Below are positions 14,791 to 28,985 of a stretch of 64,000 nt of DNA, in pieces (within the stretch, counting starts at the first letter, position 1; each line of letters opens with the position of its first letter). The notes beneath the pieces are model-generated. The model saw only the letters and a program-made list of their open reading frames with translations, did not search any database and was not told the origin of the DNA. Position numbers and translations under genes: made by a program. Origin of the DNA: Vicugna vicugna (taxonomy: Eukaryota); NCBI GenBank assembly GCA_013265495.1, contig MU058718.1, positions 1,922,001-1,986,000 on the forward strand, in the 5' to 3' direction.

Positions 14791-16084
14791 CCAAAAGATT
14801 TAAATCAGTGTTTACAGAACTATATATATAGTAGTGTACAGCTCCCCCGTCCTACCCCACCGGGAATACGTATTCTAGTTTTCTTAACGGTTGACATTGC
14901 CAGCAGAAGTGGAATGGACTGAGGTATGGGGAAGAAAGCGTTAAATACCTACCTACCGTTAATTCAGTTCAGCTCAGCATTACTCTGCTTGGTTACTGTC
15001 ATTCTTTGCAAATTGTCTTTTCATGCCTTGGGTTCTTTATTCCTGAAGGAGAAGGTTAAACCATCTGTAACATGTGTGACCATTTACCTCATAGTATATA
15101 AAAAGGTTCTAATCTTGGTTGTCTTCCTATGAGCTAGATCAGATTTACTGTTTCTAAAAGTTAGTTGATACATCCTGTGCTGGAAAATAATTTAAAACGC
15201 AGGGTACTTACATACATTGTGTCACAATTAAGTAGTTGTAAAATATGTATTTCTGCAGCCAAACTTCAAGTAACATAATTGACTGGGCTTTCCCAAAACA
15301 AATACTAAAATTTCAGAATGGCAATATAATTATAAATAATTACAGTTCTCCTGTTACTTACTGATTAAAAAAATTTTTTTTAGTGTCTGGAGAATTGAAC
15401 ATCTTTTTCCCACTTCTGATGTGTTTCTTCCATAATAATGAGATGCTAATTGTTTTAAGTAAATTTTAAGATTATAGAAGGTATTGCATATAATCACTGT
15501 GATAATTTGACTTTTTACTACCTGAGGCGTTCAGGTAGCCAAGTTGTGCTAAAAAAAAAAATTTCAGATTAGTATATACTTTTAAATTTATCTTCTTAAA
15601 GTTGACCAACTCTTTTTAAACCTGTATTAAAATGGGCTTTCTATCAGAAACATGATAATAGTTTCATTTTTACTTTCTTCCCCTGGAAGACTTTGGCCAT
15701 TTTTCTTTTGTTTAGGTATCATAAATATCATGTCCTCATTTTTGTTTCTTAGTTTAACATATAATTGATCCCAAAAGTCTTTACTTCTATTGCTACTTTA
15801 AGAACTAGCTGAACTTGGATTTTATTTTGCAAGTCTATTAACGATCTACCTTATCTGGGGGTAACCAAATCTTGTGTAAATTATACTCTTTGTTTAATTA
15901 AATTATATAAGGATGTTAAATAGTTTAACAGATATTAATGTTTTCTCTTATACTTGTACCAAAATATATTGGTAAAAAAATGTTGGACAGTGTGACTTAA
16001 AAGTTATTTTTCTTGGATGGTATTTGGGTTGTATGGTTGGGATGTAGTTTTTTGGTTTTTGTTTTCTCTTATTAATTAATTGAC

Positions 16085-16223
16085 TAATTAATTATTGAAG
16101 TACCATCAGTTATAATGTGTCAGTTTCTGGTGTGCACAATGTCCCAGTCATGCATATACATACATACATTCGTTTTCATTTTTTTTTTCATTAAAGGCTA
16201 TTACAAGATATTGAACATAGTTC
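16085..16223 (-). mobile_element. Short L1 3' tip
   Basis: same terminal motif as the 24210 element. Confidence 0.8.
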
Positions 16224-16768
16224 TTAAGTTAGTAAGTGTTACTCGTGGATGTTTTCTCTTCCAGTCTCTTCTTTACCTAGGATATTAGTTTTTGTTCACT
16301 TTGGTTCCACCTTACTTTTCACCACTCCTTAACCTCAACATGCTTTGCAGCCTCACAAACTCAGCCTTCTCATCAACTTTACCATCAGAATATTGTCCAT
16401 TCCTCAAGGCTCGGCTCAGAACTCACCAACTTTACCTCATTGGTAAACCTTCTATTTGCCATCCCCAGAGTTCTCTTTGTTCTCTGAATGCCTCCAGAGA
16501 GTACTGACTCTGTCATTCGTGTCTCCAAATATAAGCATTATTAGTTACCCTGTGTGTTCTGCCCTCAGCTACCTTGTATATCGGCTTTCAAGGGCAGAGT
16601 GTGCTTCCTCAGCTGTTTAGTATTTCTTTTGTATCTGTCATATAACAGGCACTTCATATTTAATGAACTGTTTATATTAACTACCCTGTTACTTAGTTTT
16701 CTGCTTATAATTTCTCTTAAGGTAATCTTGCTGATTTTTAAGTGTTTTGTTTGTTTGTTTTTTAATAG

Positions 16769-17002
16769 ATGTGAAAAAAGATTGGTCTGACCATGCTCTC
16801 TGGTGGGAAAAGAAGAGAACTTGGCTTCTTAAGACACATTGGACCTTAGATAAGTATGGCATTCAGGCTGATGCTAAGCTTCAGTTCACCCCCCAGCACA
16901 AACTGCTCCGCCTGCAACTCCCCAACATGAAGTATGTGAAGGTGAAAGTGAATTTCTCTGATAGAGTCTTCAAAGCTGTTTCCGACATCTGTAAGACTTT
17001 CA
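16769..17002 (+). CDS. FERMT2: FERMT2 exon 3 (234 nt), F0/F1: (D)[15 protein letters not shown]...SDICKTF
   Basis: tttaatag|AT GTG ... TTC A|gtaagt; ORF 16747..17067 contains the peptide. Confidence 0.98.
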
Positions 17003-18096
17003 GTAAGTATTATATAAATTTATCATGTAACTGTGAGTTGTGTGGTGTGTATATGTCTGATGACTGACATTTAGCTTATCTCAAGGAGTGGGGATTGGGG
17101 TGGGCTGTCTGTGTTTGTGTGCATATGAAACTTTTACTGAATTCGTCAAAGTTTTTATATTACTTTAAGATAAAAAAATGTTGAGTTAAAGTGGAACAGG
17201 AAGAGTCCAGTAGAGAACTTTCCTTACTAGAAGTATTTGATCTATTTACTATTATTTCTGATGACTGTATTTTTATGGAAAGTAGAAGAAAACAGGCATT
17301 ATTTTCAGAGGGATGTAGCTGTTGTAGTGTTTCCATCACGTAAATCAGTATTTGATTTTAGTGATTCAGGTAGATTCTGTCACTTCCTTCACTGAAGGCC
17401 TGACACAGCTCCTAAGGAAATGACCATGAGTGTTGTCTTCCTTAACTAGCCTACAGTTTGAACACTCTTGTAGCAATTTTGTTTATGTTTTCTGAAATGA
17501 GATGTGGATTACTTTTGGCTGACCCAGTTCTGTTGTATGACAGGAAGTATTCAACCGTCAGAGAAAATGTGAACCATTGTCATCATCATGAGTACATAGC
17601 TCTGTTGTGGCGTAGATTTGCGGGCAATACTGGATGTTACTGTTTTGATCTAATGGCTCAAGTTATAAGGTTTTTTTATGTTTAATGGAATTTTTAAGAA
17701 AAAAATTAATATACAGAAAAATACAAAAAATTATATAACAGTTACCTAAACTCTGTTACCTAGAATTAGTAGCTGATATTTTGTCATTTTACTAAACTTT
17801 TTTAAAAGTCAGAATAATAGAGGTAAAGTTCTTGATTCACATTCTCCTCTAATTTCCCTTCACCAAGCTTCTGCTGTCATAAGGTTAGTGTGTATCCTTC
17901 CAGTACGTCTGAAAATATGTAAATACACACACATACATGCACATACATGTACCCATATCTGTGAGTATATATATCCAAAACCAAAGTAAGTTACTGCAAT
18001 TGCTGTAACAGTATCTTCTTATGCCATTTTGTACATGTATGGAGGAATTTCTCTTTCATGTTTATGTGGAAGTAGAAAGTAGAATTACTGTGTTTT

Positions 18097-19648
18097 ACTA
18101 GAAATTAACCACAGAAAGAAAAAAATGACTGCATGGAGACTAAACAACATGCTACTAAGAAATTAGTGGGTCAAAGATGAAATCAAAGAGAAAATTTAAA
18201 AATACCTTGAGAAAAATGACAGTGAAAGCACAACTGCACAAAATCTATGGGATGCAGCAAAAACAGTCCTAAGAGGGAAGTTAATAGTGATACAGGCCTT
18301 CCTCAGAAAACAAGAACACTCTTAAGTAAACAACCTAACCTACCACCTAAAAGAATCAGAAAAAAGAACAAACGAAACCTAAAGTCAGCAGAAGGAAAGA
18401 AAGTATAATGATCAAGGAGGAAATAAAGACTTTAAAAGACAGGAAAAAAATTAATCAAGCCAAGAGCTAATTTTTTTTGAAAGAATAAACAAAATCAACA
18501 AACTTCTGGCCAGGCTTACCAAGAAGAGAGAGGACATAAACAAACAAAGTAAGAAATGAAAGAGGAGAAATTATAGCCAACACCACAGAAATATCAAAAA
18601 ACCATAAGAGAATACTATGAACAACTATATGGCAACAAATTGGACAACCTAGAAGAAATGGACAAGTTTTCTAGAAACATACAGTCCACCAAAACTGAAT
18701 GAAGAAGAAATAGATCATTTGAACAGACCAGTCACTAGAAGTGAAGCAGAATCAGTAATTTAAAAACTCTGTATGAATAAAAGTCCAGGACCAGATGGCT
18801 TCACTGGTGAATTCTACCAAACATGAAGAACTCAGACCAATCCTTCTCAAACTCTTAAAAAAGACTGAAAAGGAGGGAATACTCCCAAACTCATTCTATG
18901 AAGCCACTATCACCCTGATAACCAAAGCCAAAGACACTACCAAAAAAGAAAATTACAGGCCAGTATCTTTGATGAACATAGATACAAAAATCCTCAACAC
19001 TATGACCAGCAATCCCACTTCTGGGCATATATCTAGAGGAAACTCGTTTGAAAAGATACATGCACTCCAGTGTTCACAGTAGCACTGTTTACAATAGTCA
19101 AGACATGGAAGCAGCCTAAATGTCCATTGACAGATGAATGGATAAAGAAATGTGGCATATGAATACAATGAAATACTACTCAGTCATAAAAAGGATAAAA
19201 TAATGCCATTTGCAGCAACATGGATGGACTTGGAGATCGTCGTATTAAGTGAAGTAAGCCAGAAGGAGAAAGAAAAGAAAAGAAAAAAAGAAGAAGCAAG
19301 ACAAGTGATTTGAAGTGGGAAAAAAAAAAACAGACACAAATGTAGCCTTTTGAGATTGACTCATTTACAAAACAGACAGACTCACAGAAAACAAACTTAC
19401 GGTTATGAGGGGGGAAGAGTGGAGAGGGATAAATTGGGAGTTCAGGATTTGTAGATACTAACTACTATATATAAAAATAGATAAACAACAAGGTCATACT
19501 GTAGTTCCTACAGGGAGCTGTATTCAAGACCTTGTTATGTCCTATAATAAAAAAGAATATGAAAAAGTATATAATATATATGAATCACTGTTGTACAACA
19601 GAAATTAGCACAACATTGTAAATCAACTATACTTCCAATTAAAAAAAA
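18097..19648 (+). mobile_element. 5'-truncated, internally deleted L1 with TSD
   Basis: ORF2 peptides [16 protein letters not shown] and [17 protein letters not shown]; 3'UTR; A tail; TSD 18081-18096 / 19649-19664. Confidence 0.93.
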
Positions 19649-21471
19649 AGAATTGCTGCATTTTAAGTGTACACATAATTCATTTCAGATACTGTCAAAT
19701 TGCTCTCCCAAGAGGTTATACCAGTTTACATTCCTGCCAGCAATATGTGAAAACCCATTGCCCTAAGTCACCACTAACACTTAAATGTCAGTTTTTAGTA
19801 TTTGCTTCTCTAAGTGAAAAAAAGCAGTATTTCATTTTAGTTTATGAAGTTAACTGTGTTTTTTGTCTTTATTGGCCATTTCAGTTTCTTTCTTGAATTA
19901 CCTGTTTATATCATTTATCAATTATTTTTAAGTAATAAACTTTTTTAAGAGCAGTTTTAGGGTCACAGCAAAATTGAACAAAAATACAGAATGTTCTCAT
20001 ATACCCCCATTCCCACACATACAACCTCCCCAACTATCAACATCCCACACCAGAGCTGGACATTCGTTGTACATGATAAACTCTTCATTGACACATCATT
20101 ATCATCCTGACTCCATGGCTTACATTAGGGCTTCCTCTTGGTATTGTACAGTCTTTGGGTTTGGGACAAATGTGTAATAACTATCCATCATTATAATATC
20201 ACATAGATTAGTTCACTGCCCGAAAAATCTTCTGTATTCTGGCTTTTCATCCCTTCCCTACCAACTCCTGGCAACTGCTAATCTCTTTACTGTCTCTATG
20301 GTTTTGCTTTTAAACAGTGTCATACAATTGAGATCTTACAACATGTAGCCTTTTCACATTGGCTTCTTTCACTTAGTAATATACACTTAAACTTCCTTCA
20401 TGTCTTTTCATGGCTTGATGGCTCATTTCTTTTTAGCGCTGAATTAATACCTTGTCGTCTGGATGTGCCATAGTTTATTTATCCACTCCACTAGCGACCG
20501 ATATCTTAGTTGTTTCTACGTTTTGCAGTTGTAAATAAAGCTGCTATAAACATTCATGTGCAGGTTTTTTGTGAACTACATCTATGACTCGTTTTAGTTA
20601 ATACTAAGGAGTGTGATTGCTGGATCATACGGTAAGAATATGCTAAGTTTTGTAGGAAACCACTGAACTGTCTTCCAAAATAGCTGCACCATTTTGCATT
20701 TGTATCCATCAGTGAATGAGAATTCTTGTTGCTCTCAATCCTCACCAACATTTGGTGGTGTCAGTGTTCTGTATTGTGGCCATTCTGATAGATGTGTAGT
20801 GTTATAAGCATTACTTTAATCTGCATTTCTGTGGTTACGTGATGTGGAATATCTTTTTCACACTCATTTGCCGTCTGATACATCTTCCTGGGTGAAGTGT
20901 TAAAAGTCTTTTGCCTATTTCTTAATCAGGTTTTTTTGTTTTTTATTGTTGAGTTTTAAGAGTTCTTTGTATATTTTGGGTAATAGTCTTTTATCAGATA
21001 TGTCTTTTGCAAATATTTTATCACTGTCAGTGGCTTATCTTTTTATTATCTTTGACAGTTTCTTTCACAGAGCAGAAACTTTTAATTTTAATAAAGTCTA
21101 ATTTATCAATTACTTCTTACATGGATCATGCTTTTGTTATTATATCTAAAAAGTCCCTGCCAAACCCAAGTTCATCTAGGTTTTTTTCTGTATTATCTTC
21201 TAGGGGTTTTTATAGTTTACATTTAGGTCTGTGATCCATTTTGAGTTAATTTTGTGAAGGATGTATGTTCTGGGTCTAGATTCATTTTTTTACATGTGGA
21301 AGTCCAGTTGTTATAGCACTGTTTATTGAAAAATTATCTTTTCTTCATTGTGTTGCCTTTACTCCTTTGTCAAAGATCAATTGACTACATTTATGTAGGT
21401 CTCTTTCTGGGCTGTGTTCTGTTCCATTGATTTATTTGCTATTCTTTAGCCAGTACCACCTTGTCTTGTAG

Positions 21472-21605
21472 TTTCTTTGTGTTTGTATGAGGGGGTAGTA
21501 ATTGGGTTTATTCATTTATTTCTATTTGGAGTTGGTGCTAGGGATTGAACCTGAGACCTCGTGCATGTGGAGCATGTGCTCTACCGCTTGAGCTATACCT
21601 TCCCC
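21472..21605 (-). mobile_element. tRNA-derived SINE (same family) inserted in an L1
   Basis: gggattgaacct...gctctaccgcttgagctataccttcccc; L1 sequence resumes on both sides. Confidence 0.85.
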
Positions 21606-22749
21606 TCACTGTAGCTTTTTACAGTAAGTCTTGAAGTCAGATAGCATCAATCCTCCAGCTTCGTTCTCCTTCGATATTGTGTTGGATATTCTGGGTCTTT
21701 TGCCTTTCCATGTAAACTTTAGAATTAGTTTAGTCAATATCCATAAAATCGCTTGCTAAGATTTTGATTGGGATGGTATTGAATCTATAGATCAAGTTGA
21801 GAGGAACTGACATCTTGACAGATTTGAGTCTTCCTGTCCATGCGCATGGAACATCTCTCCACTTATTTCTTTCATCACAGTTTTATAGTTCTTCTTATAT
21901 AGATCCTGTATATATTTTGTTAGATTTATATACCTAAGTATTTTATTTTTTTGGTGCTAATATAAATAGTGTTGTTTTACATTTCAAATTCTACATGTTT
22001 ACTGCTGGAAAGCCATTTACTTTTGTATATTAACCTTTTATCCTGCAACCTTGATATAATTGTTTATGTGTTCCAGGAGTTTTTGTCAGTTCTTTTGGAT
22101 TTTTCTACAGAGATGATCATGCTATCTGGAAGAGACAGTTTATTTCCTTCCCAACCTGTACACCTTTTATTTCCTTTTCTTGTCTTACTGCATCAGCTAG
22201 GACCTCCAGTTCAATATTGAAAAGCACTGTTAAGAGAGGACATCCTTGCCTTGTTACCGATTTTAGTGGGAAAGCTTTGTCACCATTATGTATGTTATTA
22301 GCTGAACGTTTTTGGTCAATCAAGTTGAGGAAATGTTCCCCTCTATTCTGTTTTACTGAGTTTTTATCATGAATGAGTGTTGGATTTAGTTATGCTTTTT
22401 TTATATATCTATTAATTTGATTATGTGATTTTTCTTCAGCCTTTTGATGTGATAGGTTATATTGATTTTTGGATGTTGAACCAACCTTGCATACTTGGCA
22501 TAAATCCTACTTGGTCATGGTGTATAATTATTTTTATACATTGTTAGATTTGATTTGCTAATACTTTGTTAAAGATATTTGCATTTATGTTCATTTAGAT
22601 ACTGGTCTGTAGTTTTCTTGCAATGTCTTTGTTTGATTTTGGTATTAGAATAATGCTGCTCTCATAGAATGAATTAGGAAGTATTCCCTCTGCTTCTGTC
22701 TTTTGAAAGAGATTGTAGAGAATTAGTATAATTTCTTCCTTAAATGTCA

Positions 22750-24024
22750 AGGAAGAAAACTCCTTGACATGGGTTTTGGCAATGATTTTTCTGAATGTAA
22801 CACCTAAAGCACAAGCACACACACAAAAAAAGTGGGATTACAGCAAACAAAAAAAGTTTCTGCACAATAAAAGAAATGATCAACAAAATAAAAAAAAACC
22901 CTATTCAGTGGGGAAAACATTTGCAATACGTATATGTGATAAGAATTTAATATCCAAAATACATAAAGAGCTCATACAGCTCAATAGTATAAAAATCCCC
23001 AAATAATCCAATTGGAAAATGGTCAAATGACTTGAATAGACATTTTTCCAAAGAAGATATACAAATTCTCAACAGGTATATGAAAAGCTACTCAACATCG
23101 TTAATCATTAGGGAAATATAAATCAAAACTACAATGAAATATATCTCACACTTGTTAGAATGGCTGTCATCAAAAGAAGAGAGAAGTGCTGATGAGGATG
23201 TGGAGAAAAGGGAACCCTTGTGCATTGTTTATAGGATTGTAAATTGGTATAGCCACTATGGAAAACAGTATGGAGGGTCTGCAAAAAATTAAAAATAGAG
23301 CTACCATGTGAGCGAGCAATTCCACTTCTGGGACTATATCCAAAGGAAATGAAAAAACACTGTTGAAGAGATTGTCTGCACTCTTGTGTTCATAGCAGTA
23401 GCATTTACAATAGCCAAGACATGGAAACAACCAAAGTGTTCATCAGCAGATGAATGGAAAAAGAAAACGTGGGGGGTATGTGGGTGTATGTGTGATGGAA
23501 TATTACTCAGCCATAAAATAGGAGGAAATCCTGCCATTTGTGACAACATGGATGAACCTTGAGGGCATTATGCTAAGTGAAATAAATCAGAAAGAGAAGG
23601 ACAAATACTGTATTATCTCACTTATACGTGGAATCTAAAAACAATTAAAAATCCACACTCACAGAAAAAGAGATCAAGTTGTGGTTACCAGAGTCAAGGG
23701 TGAAGGGTTGAGGAATTGGATTAAGGCAGTCAAAAGGTACAGACTTCCAGTTACAAAGTGCGTAAGTCCTTGGGGATGTGGTATACAGCATGATGACTGG
23801 AGTTAACATTGCTGTATGGTTTATTTGGAAGTTGTTAAGAGAGTAGATCCTAAGAGTTTTAACACAAGGAAAATAAACTTTTTTTTTGTATCTATATGAG
23901 ATAATGGATTTTAACTAAACTTACTGTGGTAGTCATTTTGCAGTATATGTAAGTCAAGTCATTATGCTGTACACCTTAAATTTACTGTTGTATGTCAATT
24001 GTATCTCAGTAAAAGTAGAAAAAA
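22750..24024 (+). mobile_element. L1 3' part (L1MA-like) nested in the minus-strand L1
   Basis: ORF2 C-terminal region and 3'UTR; aaatgtca / aaatgttca flanks. Confidence 0.88.
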
Positions 24025-24209
24025 TGTTCAGTAGAATTCACCAGTAAACCCATCTGGCCTTAATGCTTTCTGTTTTGGAAGGTGATTGATTATTGATTCC
24101 ATTTCTTTAATAAATATAGGCCCATTCAGATTGTTTCTTGTATAAATTTTGGCAGATTGCTTTTCAAGTTTTTTATTTGGTAACAATTACCTTTGTTTTC
24201 TTTTATAAT

Positions 24210-24826
24210 ATATATTTTTAATTGAAGTATAGTCAGTTTACAATATTGTATCAGTTTCTGGTATACAGTATAATAGTTCAGTCATACATATACACATATT
24301 CATTTTCATATTTTTCATTATAGATTACTATAGGATATTGAATCTAGTTCCCAGTGCTATACAGTATAAACTTGTTGTTTATCTATTTTATATATAGTAG
24401 TGTCTGCAAGTCTTGAACTCCCAATTTATCTCTTCCCACCCTCTTCCCCCTCTGGTAACCATAAATTTGTTTTCTATGTCTGTGAGTCTGTTTCTGTTTT
24501 GTAAATAAGTTCATTTGCTTTTTTTTTTTAAGATTCCACATATAAGTAATATGTAGTATTTTTCTTTCTCTTTCTGGCTTACTTCACTTAGAATGACAAT
24601 CTCCAGGTCTGTCCATGTTGCTGCAAATGGCATTTTTTAATGGCTGAGTAGTATTCCATTGTATAAATATATCACAGCTTCTGTATCCAGTCATCTGTTG
24701 ATGAACATTTAGGTTGTTTCCATGTCTTGGTTATTGTAAATAGTGCTGCTGTGAACATTCGGGTGTGTGTATCTTTTCGAATTAGAGTTCCCTCTGGATA
24801 TATGCCCAGGAGTGGGATTGCTGAAG
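24210..24826 (-). mobile_element. Young L1 3' end with a perfect 15-bp TSD
   Basis: attgaagtatagtcagtttacaat 3' terminus; GTTTTCTTTTATAAT at 24195-24209 and 24827-24841. Confidence 0.93.
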
Positions 24827-25479
24827 GTTTTCTTTTATAATTTAACTCTTAAGAAAATACTTCTATGTAATGATTAAGTGAGGTTTTCCTTTTTTTTTTT
24901 TTTTAAAGAAACACTGCTGGCAAAGCATGCTAAGTTCTTTTATGTAACATAGTTTCTAACTTGCAGGCTTTACAAATGAAGAGCCTTACTAAGAGTAAGT
25001 GACACAACATTGTAAATCAACTATCTTTCAATTTAAAAAAATGTAAAAAAAAAAAAAGTAAATGGCAAAGTTTAAATTGACATATTATGTAGAGCTACTA
25101 TGAAAGGTTATATTCTGTTTAGAGCTTGCTACCATTTCATATCAATAGGACACGTAATTTGAGTCTTAGACATTAAGGTATGTCTGGTGGCATTAGACAC
25201 TAATTGATTCACCTTTTTTCTCTTTTTGTTGTACTTTTGTGAAGGAGAATATATTTGGTAAGGATAGAGAAGCAAACAATGGTAATGGAACAGAATTCGG
25301 TTTAACTGAAACTCAATGTTTAAAAATAGATTTAAAAAAATTTTAATGGTAATTTATTTCATTTTAGATCAGTTAAAGTGTACATAGGGATTCTAATACA
25401 AAAAGTTTTTTTTAGGAATAACAATAAAGAGTACTTTTTCTATAAAGATAAAAATTAGAAGGAAATGGAGAAGCCTTTT

Positions 25480-28400
25480 GTAGTTTTGGCTATTCTAGTT
25501 GATGTAGCGTAATATCTCCTTGTGGCTTCAACTTGCATTACCCTAATGGCTAAGGATATTGAACATCTTTTCATGTGTTTAATTGCCATCCATGTGTCTT
25601 TGGTAAAGTATCTGTTTGAATCCTTTGCCTCTCTTTTAAAAAAAAGTTGTCATTTTATTGAGTTGTAAGCAGTTTTTGCATATTCTGGATATGGAAAATT
25701 TATTGGACATATGTTTTGCAGATATTTTCTTCTGTCTGTGGTTTACCTTTTCATTGTATCTTTTGAAGAACAGAAGTTTTAATTTTGATGAAGACCAGTT
25801 TATGATCCCTTTAATGATTTTTATTCATAGACATAAAAGTCCTTACCAAAAATTTAAGCAAATTGAGTCCAGCAATATATAAAAGACATTAACACATTAA
25901 CATCATGATCAAGTTAAGTTTATCCCAAGAATACAGAACTATCTATGTGCATGTGAAAGGAATATATATTGTATTGTCATTGGGTGAGAATGTCCTATAA
26001 ATGACAGATAAAGTTGGTTGATAAAAGAGTGATGTTGAAATCTTCAATAATTGTTGATTTTTTCTTGCTGCTTTCACATCTGCCAGTTTTACTTTATTAT
26101 TGTTCTTATTAGTACATGCACACATTTAGAATTGTTAAGTCCTCTTGAAGAATTTACTGTTATCAGTATAAAATGACCTTCTATATATTTGATAACATTG
26201 TTTGCTTAGAAAAACAACTTGTCTGATATTAAAGTGGTATAATAGTAATATTTTGATTAGTATCAGTATAATTTATCCTTTTCTGTCTTGTTTCTTTTAA
26301 TCTGTCTGTCTTTAAATTAGATTTCTTGTAAACAGCATACAGCTATGGCTTGCTTTTTTATTCTAACAATCTCTACGCTTTTGTAAACTGTTTGGATCAT
26401 TTACTTTTTTTTTTTTTTTGCAGCAGGGAGGTAATTAGGTTTATTTACTTATTTGGTTTTTCAGTGGGGGTACTGGGGATTGGACCCAGGACCTCACTCA
26501 TGCTAAACATGTGCTCTACCACTGAGCTATACCCTCCCCCGAGATCATTTATTTTAATGTGACTATCAGTGTGGTTGAGTTTAAATCTACCATCTTGGTA
26601 TTTGTTTTTTATATAGTATTTATTTTATTTCTAATTTTCTGTGTGTTCCTTTTTTTTTTCCTTGTTGCCTCTTTTATTTTGGATTGAGGGAGGTTTGTTA
26701 CAATTACTTTATCTTCACCTGTGACCTACTAGCTATTACTAATTTTATTCTGTCTTTTTTTGTGGTTATTCTAGGGTTTACAATATATGACTTTAACTTT
26801 ATTCATATTCTGTATTCAGATAGTATACCATTGCACACATAGTATAATCTTAAAATGGTATAGTTCCATTTCTCCTTTCTTGCTCTTTGTGCTATTGTCA
26901 TATGTTACTTTCAAAATATGCTAAAACTCATATATTATTACTCTCTCCTAAAAAAACTTTCTTTAATAATTTTAAAAATATTAGAAAATAAGAAAAATGG
27001 TCTTTTGTAATTGCCCACACATTTATCATTTCTCAGTGCTCCATGTGAGGGTATTTTCCATGTGATAGCCTTTTTCTTCTATCTGAGGAACTTGATATGG
27101 CCTTTTTATAGTGCAGGCCTGCTGGTGGTGGTGTTTTTCACCTTTTGTCTACAAAAATCTTAATTTTGCCTTCATTTTTGAAAGATAATGCAGCTGTTTG
27201 GAGAATTCTAATTTTTCTTCCTTTCAATAATTTTCAGATGTCTTTCTGTTGTCCTCTGGTTTGCATTAATTTCAGAGAAGTCTGTTATGGCTCTTTTATT
27301 TGTTCCTCTGAATGTTTTCTTGGTTAAGCTTTTAGGAATTTATTTTCATCTTGGTTTTCAGCATTTAATTCTGATGTGTCCTGGCATGGTTTTCTTTAAG
27401 TTTATTCCATTCTAGGTTCATTGTGTTTTAGATTTGTAGGTTTATGGTTTTCATCAAACTTGGGTAATTTTTAACCACTAAGTTCTATAGGTAATTTTTG
27501 GTGTCCCTTCCACACCTCCCATCCTTTATTGGACTCTGGTTTCATGTACATTAGACCAGTTGTGATTCTTGCACAGGTTACTGATATTCTGTTCCTCTTT
27601 TCAGTCTTTATTCTCTGTGCTTCGTTTTGGATAGTGTCCATTGCTGTCTTCAAGTTCATTGATCTTTCTTCTGCTGATCTGCTGTTAATCCCATCCAGTG
27701 TATTTTTCATTTTGGATGTATTTTTCATCAGTGGAAATTTGATTTTGGCCTTTTAAAAATATATAAATCTTTATGTTTTTCATCATTTTTATGCTTTTCT
27801 CTCCTTTCTTAAACATATGGAATGTATTTATAATAGCTATTTTAATATCTTTGATTATTGATTCTATCATTGTAGTTATTTCTGTTGCTGTTACTCTTTG
27901 CCCCTCCTGTATTCCTGGGAAGGAATCATACTTTCCTGCCTGTTTTGTGTCTGGTAATTTTTGATTGAACGGAAGGGTCTATTAATTTTACATTGTTCGT
28001 GGCCGGATTTCTTTTTGTATTCCTTTAAGTAGTGTTGGCTTTTTTTCTGGTCACCAGTCAGATTACTTAGAATTATTTGGATCCTTTCGAAACTTGCTTT
28101 TAAGCTTTGTTAGGGCAGGTCCAAAGCCACCATCAGTCTCGGGCTAATTTCCTTATGGGGATTCTTCTCAATATTGTGTGTATTAGGAAGACTTCTCTCA
28201 CAATTGCTCTCTCTCTGAAGCTCTCCTCTCTATGGTACTCTGACCACAAATTGTGGCCATCTTGGCCTCCCTGGATTCCATCCCACATCTCTCAACTCAG
28301 CGAGACCTAACTGCCTGCTCCCCACCCTGACCCACTTCTAGGCAGTAAGCTCTTATGCTCAGAGTTCATTCTGTTGTTTTTCTCTTCTGTCATGTGCCCC
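25480..28400 (-). mobile_element. Ancient L1M fragments (ORF2/ORF1), with a short + strand ORF2 piece at ~25828-25940
   Basis: ORF1-like MKNTLDGINSR...AEER on minus (27471..27728); degenerate ORF2. Confidence 0.7.
26405..26540 (-). mobile_element. tRNA-derived SINE (same family) with TSD
   Basis: poly-T then ...ctgagctataccctccccc; GATCATTTA at 26395-26403 and 26543-26551. Confidence 0.9.
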
Positions 28401-28599
28401 TTGTTGTCTGAAAAACTTACTTTTCTTTTCCTTTTCTTATTGTTTAAATAGGAGGGTAAGTAAAATTCTTGTTACTGTATCTTACTTGAGACCCTTCATT
28501 CATAATTTATGCTTGATTTTCTTGCAGCCATATACCTTTTTTAGAAAGCCATCATTTGCTCATTGAAGCATTGTTTATAATAACAAAACCATTTCTTTC

Positions 28600-28985
28600 A
28601 CAGAAATTTCAGATTGAACATGTTCAAAACTGAGCTTATGGTATTCCTTCCCAAATCTCTGTGCTCCGTCCTCCCCACTCTGCCTCTCAGAAGTCTCCAT
28701 TAGCAGTAAAAGCATCATCCCAGAAACACATACTAGAAATGTGGGAGTCATTCTTAGCACCACTCTCTTTCTTACCTACACATTTCATCAATGACCTAGA
28801 AGTGTTCATTTTGCCTCTAAAATGCAGCTTGAATCTTTTCATATCTTTCTATCTCTACCATCCTTACTGCTCTATGGGCCACACCACCACCATCTCTCTC
28901 CTAGATTGTCCTAGCCACCTCCTAAATGGTCTTCTTTATCCATTCTTGTTCCTTCTAATTCATTCTTTACAATACAGTAAGTAGA
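28600..28985 (+). mobile_element. L2 fragment
   Basis: aacatgttcaaaactgagc...accaccatctctctcctagattg. Confidence 0.65.

Larger units (their letters stand above)
19940..24170 (-). mobile_element. Older L1 (L1MC-like 3' end plus ORF2), interrupted by a SINE and a + strand L1
   Basis: minus-strand ORF2 peptides [15 protein letters not shown] and [18 protein letters not shown]; resumes at ~24025 (tgttcagtagaattcacc). Confidence 0.88.

Noticed and set aside
16068..16095. AT-rich quasi-palindrome (TAAT)n
   Set aside because: Degenerate tail of the adjacent L1 3' tip.
17519..17640. ctgac...gacag acceptor-like site within ORF 17458..17685
   Set aside because: Weak pyrimidine tract, no good donor, no recognisable peptide.
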